Of a stretch of DNA of 40,300 bases, positions 34,615 through 40,300 are shown piece by piece. Position 1 is the stretch's first letter. Each line of letters opens with the position of its first letter. Below the pieces are notes generated by a model, which made no database searches, was not told where the DNA came from, and saw only the letters and a program-made list of their open reading frames with translations. This DNA is from Deltaproteobacteria bacterium. GTDB taxonomy: Bacteria; Desulfobacterota; JADFXK01. The translations under genes and the position numbers were made by a program. The stretch covers positions 1-40,300 of the forward strand of contig JADFYC010000002.1 of assembly GCA_015233295.1 (NCBI GenBank), given 5' to 3'.

Positions 34615-37401
34615 ATGAGCCCCGACTTGTTAAACACCGAAGGACCGACCGCAGATGTGGGACCGGTAGAGCAGTTGGTAAGTCACCGAACTAGTCCTCA
34701 CCAGGGGCGTCGGCCGGTCAATGGCCGGATTTGGCTCGGATACCACTGGTTGTGTCTCCTGGCCATCTGTCTCGCCGGGGCAGTCATTTATGCCCAGACG
34801 CTCCACTACCCTTTCATTTTCGATGATGAACGCATTATCCGGGACAATACCCACATCCGGATCAAACATCTCAGCCTCCAGGAACTGTCCAACGCCGCAT
34901 TCAAGACTCCTGTCCCCAATCGGCCGTTGGAAGGTTTCACCTTATCCCTTAATTACTACTTCGGGAAATACGATGTTACCGGCTACCACCTGACCAACAT
35001 CGCCATCCACCTGCTGGCCGGAATGCTGGTCTATTTTGTCTCTTTTCTGACCTTCAGGCGCCTGGCCAAGATTCCCGACCAGGCTTCCCCCCCTCCCCAC
35101 GGTTCCCCCATTCTGGTCATGTCATTAGTCGCGGGCCTTATCTTCGTCACCCATCCCGTCCAGGTCCAGGCGGTAACGTATATTACTCAGAGAATGACCA
35201 GCCTGGCCACGATGCTGTATCTGTTGTCCCTACTGTGCTATATCGTCGGCCGCGAATCGGTCGTCGGATGGCGACGAAGAACCTGGTGGGCGGGATGTCT
35301 TATTTCTGGGGCCCTGGCTTTCGGGTCAAAGGAGATCGCGGCCACCCTCCCGGTGGTGATCTTCCTTTATGAGTGGTATTTCTTTCAGAACTTGAGTTTG
35401 AATTGGCTCAAACGAAGTTTCAAGTATTTAGTCATTCCGGTGGTTGTACTTGTACTATTGACGCTCATTTTTTCAGAGGGGAAGCTACTCCACAAATTTT
35501 CGGAGGCCTACACCATCCTGGCTAATCCCACTCCTCTGTTCACCGTTTGGGAAAGGGTGATGACGGAATGGCGGGTGGTTTTCTTCTACCTCAGCCTGCT
35601 TTTTTATCCACACCCGCAAAGACTCAACCTCCTCCATCCAATAACCGTGTCTCATTCTTTGTTCGATCCCATCACCACTTTTTTATCACTCCTGGCTATC
35701 CTTGGTTGTCTCGGCCTGGCCGTGGCCGCGGCCAGGCGGCAAAGGTTGTTGTCTTTTTGTATCCTATGGTATTTTATCAACCTAGTTATTGAATCTTCTG
35801 TCATTAAGCTGGAATTTATATATCAGTACCGGCTTTACCTGCCGCTGTTTGCCCTGGCCGTGTCTTTGCCATACCTGATCTACCGCCTGACCTCAAAAAT
35901 GGTTGGAGTGGGCGCGGTCATTTCCGGGGTAGTCATTGTCGCCCTGGGCTTTAGCACCTACTCCCATAACCTGGTTTGGCGCGACAACGTCACACTCTGG
36001 AGCGACGTCGTGTCCAAGAATCCGTTGAGTCACGGCGGGCACGGCAACCTGGGGGTCGCTCTGATGGCCCAGGGTAACATGCGGGAGGCTGTTAACCACC
36101 TTCGCTTGGCCTTGCGGTTGAAGCCGGATTTTGGCAATGCTTACTTTAACCTGGGCATAATACTATCTGAACAGGGTGATGAAAAAGGGGCTATTGAACA
36201 CTTTTTCAAGGCCTTAGACTCCAACCCCAGTTTTGCCGCGGCTCATTGCTACCTGGGGGTCATTTTGGCCAATCAGGGAAAGATTGAGGAATCTTTTAGC
36301 CATTTTTATCAAGCAGTAAAATATGAACCGGACAGCGCGGATACCCATGCCTTCCTGGCCAAGGCTCTGGCCGCGCAGGAGCAGTCGGTTGAAGCCGGCA
36401 ACCACTATGCTGAGGCTATCCGGTTGAACGAGGATTTTGCCGAAGCCCACAATGGCCTGGGAGCCATATATGAGCAACAGGGAAAGACCACCGAGGCCAT
36501 GAACCATTACCTGGAGGCCCTTCGGATCAAACCGGATCATTATGAGACACATCTCAACCTGGGCCGTCTCCTGGCGGAAAATGGCCGGATAACTGAAGCC
36601 CTGGGGCATTTTTTTGAAGCCTTGAGGGCCAGGGCTGATTATGTGGAGGCCCAAAGCAGATTGGAAGACATTTTGGCGGATCCCCGGAATACGGAAGAAA
36701 GCATTAAGTTTTTTGCCCAGGCCATTCAACTTGAACCGAATGATGCCGATGCCCACTATTTTTTGGGCCTGGCCCTGGCCAAATATGGAGATGTCGGCAA
36801 CGCCGCCAGGGAGGCCGGCGAGGCATTGCGCCTCAGACCCGATTTTGCCGAAGCTCATAACAGCTTAGGCACCGTTTTGCTTGGTGGAGGTAATGTTGAC
36901 GGAGCAGTCAAACAGTTTTCGGAGGCGGCTCGGATTAATCCCGAATACGCCGGGGCTCAATATAACCTGGGCATGGCCCTGGCCGGCCGGGGTGATATCC
37001 CGGGAGCTATCGATCACTACACTGAAGCAATAAAGATCAAGCCGAACTATGCCGAGGCGTACAATAACATGGGCGCAGCTCTGGCCGGCCAAGGAAAAAT
37101 AAAGGAAGCCGCAGCAAGCTTTTCTGAGGCGGTCAGGTTTAATCCCGACTATGCCATTGCCCATAATAACCTGGGGATGACGCTGAGGGACCAGGGAAAC
37201 TTCCCAGAGGCGGCCAAACAATTTTCCGAGGCCGTCAGGATCAATCCCGACTATCCCGAGGCCCTATATAACCTAGGCCGGGCTTTACTGGCTCAGGGCC
37301 ATAGGGGCCAGGCCATCCGAAATTTTTCTGAGGCGCTCCGGCTAATTCCGGATTTCACCCAGGCCCGCCGCAGCCTGGAAGAGGCTCAGGCGAAGCCTTG
37401 A
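34615..37401 (+). CDS. TMTC/PMT-like polytopic membrane protein (GT-C-type, DUF1736-like) with about 13 C-terminal TPR repeats
   Basis: The N-terminal 460 aa contain at least 10 hydrophobic helices. An early loop, YPFIFDDERIIRDN, resembles the F.[FY]DD...I..N motif of TMTC-type O-mannosyltransferases. The C-terminal half is regular 34-aa TPR units (AEAHNGLG, AEAYNNMG and similar). Confidence 0.7.
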   Translation: MSPDLLNTEGPTADVGPVEQLVSHRTSPHQGRRPVNGRIWLGYHWLCLLAICLAGAVIYAQTLHYPFIFDDERIIRDNTHIRIKHLSLQELSNAAFKTPVPNRPLEGFTLSLNYYFGKYDVTGYHLTNIAIHLLAGMLVYFVSFLTFRRLAKIPDQASPPPHGSPILVMSLVAGLIFVTHPVQVQAVTYITQRMTSLATMLYLLSLLCYIVGRESVVGWRRRTWWAGCLISGALAFGSKEIAATLPVVIFLYEWYFFQNLSLNWLKRSFKYLVIPVVVLVLLTLIFSEGKLLHKFSEAYTILANPTPLFTVWERVMTEWRVVFFYLSLLFYPHPQRLNLLHPITVSHSLFDPITTFLSLLAILGCLGLAVAAARRQRLLSFCILWYFINLVIESSVIKLEFIYQYRLYLPLFALAVSLPYLIYRLTSKMVGVGAVISGVVIVALGFSTYSHNLVWRDNVTLWSDVVSKNPLSHGGHGNLGVALMAQGNMREAVNHLRLALRLKPDFGNAYFNLGIILSEQGDEKGAIEHFFKALDSNPSFAAAHCYLGVILANQGKIEESFSHFYQAVKYEPDSADTHAFLAKALAAQEQSVEAGNHYAEAIRLNEDFAEAHNGLGAIYEQQGKTTEAMNHYLEALRIKPDHYETHLNLGRLLAENGRITEALGHFFEALRARADYVEAQSRLEDILADPRNTEESIKFFAQAIQLEPNDADAHYFLGLALAKYGDVGNAAREAGEALRLRPDFAEAHNSLGTVLLGGGNVDGAVKQFSEAARINPEYAGAQYNLGMALAGRGDIPGAIDHYTEAIKIKPNYAEAYNNMGAALAGQGKIKEAAASFSEAVRFNPDYAIAHNNLGMTLRDQGNFPEAAKQFSEAVRINPDYPEALYNLGRALLAQGHRGQAIRNFSEALRLIPDFTQARRSLEEAQAKP

Positions 37402-37514
37402 ATCGGATGCCTTAGCGAATATGACCGGTTGAGGTTTAACTTCTTGCCTTCCTGCCTGATGACGGGTAGAATTAAAAAAAGAGAACTGTGCCCCGAGAAC
37501 GAGAGGAGCATCTT

Positions 37515-37721
37515 ATGCTGAAGGACTTTACGCTGGAATATTGTATTGATGATGGCTGGTATGTCGGCCGACTCAAGGAAGTCCCGGGAGTGTTTAGCCA
37601 GGGAGAGACTTTAGAGGAGCTGGAAAGCAACATTCGTGAGGTCTATCAACTGATGACGAAAGAGGCAGGATTTGCCCCCGGCGGTGAAGTCTACCAGAAG
37701 GAAATTCGGGTAGAGGTGTGA
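37515..37721 (+). CDS. hicB: HicB-like antitoxin, short form (UPF0150/RNase-H-like fold only, no DNA-binding domain)
   Basis: GWYVGRLKEVPGVFSQGETLEELESNIREV matches the HicB N-domain pattern (G.y.a...e.PG....G.T.EEa..n..EA). GAGAGGAG lies 6 nt upstream of ATG 37515. The stop overlaps the hicA start (GTGA). Confidence 0.75.
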   Translation: MLKDFTLEYCIDDGWYVGRLKEVPGVFSQGETLEELESNIREVYQLMTKEAGFAPGGEVYQKEIRVEV

Positions 37722-37906
37722 AAAGGCACAAGTTGATCAGAGAACTGGTGGATGCCGGATGTTACGTCAATCGGCATGGCGCCCATCACGATATTTATCT
37801 CAACCTGAAAAACGGCAGGAAGGCAGCGGTTCCTCGCCATAATGAAATCAAAGATAATATGGCCCGGTTGATAAAGATACAGCTCGGATTAGTAAATTCA
37901 CGATGA
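37718..37906 (+). CDS. hicA: HicA-family mRNA interferase toxin
   Basis: The 62-aa protein reads KLIRELVDAGCYVNRHGAHHDIYLNLKNGRKAAVPRHNEIKDNMARLI. This matches the HicA pattern (L...G......GSHH........tvP.H..ei....l..I). Confidence 0.8.
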   Translation: MKRHKLIRELVDAGCYVNRHGAHHDIYLNLKNGRKAAVPRHNEIKDNMARLIKIQLGLVNSR

Positions 37907-38214
37907 TTAAAGATCAGGAACTGATAAGAAGTATGTTTAAACCTTTTATCCCGGTCCTGATGGCTGTTATTTGTCTTATGACGGCAGCTCCGGCTCAGGC
38001 CGAACGGTATAAGGTCAAGTTGGAGCGGGTCGGGTTCAATATGTATCGAGACACCCTTTCCGGGCTGTATATTAAGACGCGATTTTGTTTTGAGGTCTCC
38101 GTGGGTGAACCGGCGATACTTCAGTATGACCGTCCCTACGGCAATAACAAACTGATTTTTATAAACCGGGCCACCTGTGACGTCGAAAAGGTGATTCAGT
38201 TCAAAGATAAATAG
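37903..38214 (+). CDS. Small secreted hypothetical protein, translationally coupled to hicA
   Basis: It forms an ATGA overlap with the hicA stop. The signal peptide is FKPFIPVLMAVICLMTAAPAQA followed by ER. An alternative start is M at 37933. I recognise no motif. Confidence 0.5.
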   Translation: MIKDQELIRSMFKPFIPVLMAVICLMTAAPAQAERYKVKLERVGFNMYRDTLSGLYIKTRFCFEVSVGEPAILQYDRPYGNNKLIFINRATCDVEKVIQFKDK

Positions 38215-38234
38215 CCGGTTATGCCCCCGACCGC

Positions 38235-40300
38235 TTACCGCTCTTCCAAGACCTGACGAATTAGTTTGGCTAGGAGCGTCACATCTATTGGCTTCATCAA
38301 AAATCCTCTCACCCCAATGTCCCTGGCCCGCTCCTCACTGATGGCCTCGCTGAATCCAGTGCACAGGATTATGGGGAGATTGGGACGAAGGCGCAAGATC
38401 TCTCGGGCCAGTTTGTCCCCCGTCATATTGGGCATGGCCATATCGGTAATGATTAAGTCAATGCTCGCGGGTTGGGCCATGAACGCCTCAAGCGCCTCCA
38501 CCCCGCTTATTTTGGCTGTAACCTTATAACCCAATCGTTCCAACGTCCTTTTGCCGGTATCAAGCAACCCCGGTTCATCATCTATCAGCAGGATGGTCTC
38601 GGTCCCTCTGGGGATGGTTTCAACGTCATTATCTGCCGATTCAGGTTGGCCTTGTATTGTCGGCAGCAGGATGTTAAAGGTTGACCCCTGCCCTGGTACG
38701 CTGTAGACGCTGATGGCCCCACCATGGTTCTTGACGATGCCGTGGACAATGGCCAGGCCCATGCCCGTTCCTTTGCCCAGTTCTTTGGTGGTAAAGAACG
38801 GATCAAAGATTCTCTCCAGGATGCCGCTGTCCATGCCCTGCCCGGTATCGCTTACGGTTAGTTTAAGATAAGGTCCTGGTTTCAAGTTGATGTATCTCGC
38901 CGCGGAATCGGTATCAAGGTAGAATTCACTGAATTTTATACCTAAAATTCCGCCGTTTTCCGGCATGGCGTGGGCGGCGTTGGTGCATAGATTGATCAAC
39001 ACCTGATGGATTTGGGTGGGATCGCCCAAGATATTAAATTCCTTGACGGATATTTCTTGTTCAATAATGATGTTGGCCGGCAAGGAAGCCCGAATTAACT
39101 TTATGCTTTCTTTTAAAATTGAAGTTATTTCAACTGGTTTCCTCTCCTGCGCGGTTTGGCGGCTAATGGTCAGTATTTGTTTGACTAAATCCCTGGCTCT
39201 CTTTCCGGCCTTGAGTATTTCTTTTAAAAATTCTGGGTTTACTTCACCGGATTTGACGTCATCCAATGCCAGTTGGGTATAGCCGAAAATGGACCCGAGA
39301 ATATTATTGAAATCGTGGGCTATCCCCCCGGCCAGCGTGCCGATGGCTTCCATTTTTTGGGCCTGGCGCAATTGCTCCTCCAGTTTCTGTCGATCTTCCT
39401 CCGCTCGCCTCCGGCCGGTAATGTCACGAGCCGCGGCGTAGATCAAGCCATCCTGGTCTGGGGAAGATCGCCATTCTATCCATCGGTAGGAACCGTCTTT
39501 GCAGCGATAACGGTTAACGAAGTCAGAAACTTCTTCTTGGGCGGACAACCTGTCCATCGCCCATAGCGTGGATTCCAGGTCATCTGGATGAACAAAATCC
39601 AAAAACTTCCTTCCTTCCAGTTCTTCCCGGCTATAGCCGAGGGATTTTTCCCAGGCGGGATTGACACGTCGAAAGAACCCCTGGATGTCGGCAATACAAA
39701 GCAAATCCAGGACCAGAGAGAAAAAGCGGTCCAGTTCTTCGGTTTTGTTTCGCAGGGCGATATCCGCCCTCTTTCGTTCGGTGATATCTCGAAATACCAG
39801 GACGACCCCCAGGAGAGTGCCGTTTTCATCTAGGATGGGGGCGGCGCTATCGGCGATAATCATCTCCGCGCCGTTTTTGCCGATCAGCACGGTATGGTTG
39901 GCCAAGGTGATAATCTGGCCGCTTTTCAGGACCTTGCTCACCGGATCTTCGCAAACTTCTTTGGTAATTTCATTGATGATATGGAAAACCTGGGTCAACG
40001 GCCGGCCAATCGCCTCTTCTCCAGACCAGCCGGTCAGATTTTCCGCCACCCGATTAAGTATGGTCACATTACCCGCCAGGTCAGTCCCGATAACTCCATC
40101 GCCGATGGAACTCAAGGTAACGGCCAGCCGTTCCTTTTCCGCGGCTAGGGCCTGTTCCGCCTCTTTTTGGCTGGTGACATCCTCAACTATGCCCATGGCG
40201 CCGTAAAAAGCCACGTCACCATAGGGGATCTGCTGGAAAACAGCCCGGATCGGGGTAACTTTTCCACCTGTGACGGAAAGGTAGTTTCCTTCGTAATACC
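38235..40300 (-). CDS. PAS-rich hybrid histidine kinase (at least 3 PAS, HisKA, HATPase_c, C-terminal REC), 5' end outside the window
   Basis: The H-box is IAHDFNNIL. The ATPase boxes are [16 protein letters not shown] and GTGMGLAIV. The REC motif is [13 protein letters not shown]. The frame stays open upstream of the track Met at 40214 and reads as the end of another PAS domain. Confidence 0.9.
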   Translation of the reverse strand, partial: YYEGNYLSVTGGKVTPIRAVFQQIPYGDVAFYGAMGIVEDVTSQKEAEQALAAEKERLAVTLSSIGDGVIGTDLAGNVTILNRVAENLTGWSGEEAIGRPLTQVFHIINEITKEVCEDPVSKVLKSGQIITLANHTVLIGKNGAEMIIADSAAPILDENGTLLGVVLVFRDITERKRADIALRNKTEELDRFFSLVLDLLCIADIQGFFRRVNPAWEKSLGYSREELEGRKFLDFVHPDDLESTLWAMDRLSAQEEVSDFVNRYRCKDGSYRWIEWRSSPDQDGLIYAAARDITGRRRAEEDRQKLEEQLRQAQKMEAIGTLAGGIAHDFNNILGSIFGYTQLALDDVKSGEVNPEFLKEILKAGKRARDLVKQILTISRQTAQERKPVEITSILKESIKLIRASLPANIIIEQEISVKEFNILGDPTQIHQVLINLCTNAAHAMPENGGILGIKFSEFYLDTDSAARYINLKPGPYLKLTVSDTGQGMDSGILERIFDPFFTTKELGKGTGMGLAIVHGIVKNHGGAISVYSVPGQGSTFNILLPTIQGQPESADNDVETIPRGTETILLIDDEPGLLDTGKRTLERLGYKVTAKISGVEALEAFMAQPASIDLIITDMAMPNMTGDKLAREILRLRPNLPIILCTGFSEAISEERARDIGVRGFLMKPIDVTLLAKLIRQVLEER

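Noticed and set aside
36214-37221. Minus-strand ORFs 36214-36858 and 36865-37221 opposite the TPR region
   Set aside because: They are antisense shadows of regular TPR repeats, and such shadows tend to stay open in GC-balanced repeats.

Overview
The window looks like a chromosomal segment of about 50% GC, probably from a Desulfobacterota-type organism (a guess from gene content only). It is dense in signal transduction and cell-envelope genes. I recognised no rRNA, tRNA, CRISPR array, transposase or integrase.

Gene content in order:
- 1-130: an AT-rich tract.
- 175-6049 (+): a five-gene cassette of three unrecognisable proteins (two with signal peptides or TM anchors), followed by a MotA/ExbB-like channel protein with a roughly 400-aa coiled-coil tail and a MotB/OmpA-like partner.
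- Minus strand: phosphomannomutase, a DUF4445/RACo-like ASKHA protein and a small zinc-ribbon protein.
- Plus strand: UDP-glucuronate decarboxylase, a secreted C10 (streptopain-like) cysteine peptidase fused to six FG-GAP repeats, and a polyprenyl-phosphate sugar transferase.
- A hybrid histidine kinase (HK) with Hpt, translationally coupled to a REC-GGDEF cyclase.
- An orphan EF-G paralogue, MoeA, a Cys-rich TPR protein and a periplasmic Cache protein.
- A second REC-GGDEF gene downstream of a giant multi-PAS hybrid HK of about 2260 aa that is split by a single-nucleotide frameshift.
- A ModE-like wHTH protein, a basic/acidic hypothetical protein, a TMTC-like membrane protein with TPR repeats, hicB-hicA plus a coupled small secreted protein, and a further PAS hybrid HK truncated at the window end.

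Most interesting observations:
1. The ZorAB-like stator pair has a conserved TM Asp and a Leu/Cys heptad zipper, but no recognisable Zorya effector. Envelope proteins of unknown family take that place. This is my best candidate for an undescribed system.
2. Tandem heptamer arrays (GTTRCNN)n occur at nine or more intergenic sites. Their orientation tracks whether they sit next to a start codon or a stop codon.
3. The giant kinase is interrupted by a frameshift at an A5/T5 run.
4. The C10 peptidase gene carries near-identical 150-bp tandem repeats.

All homology calls come from motif recognition by eye. No searches were run.
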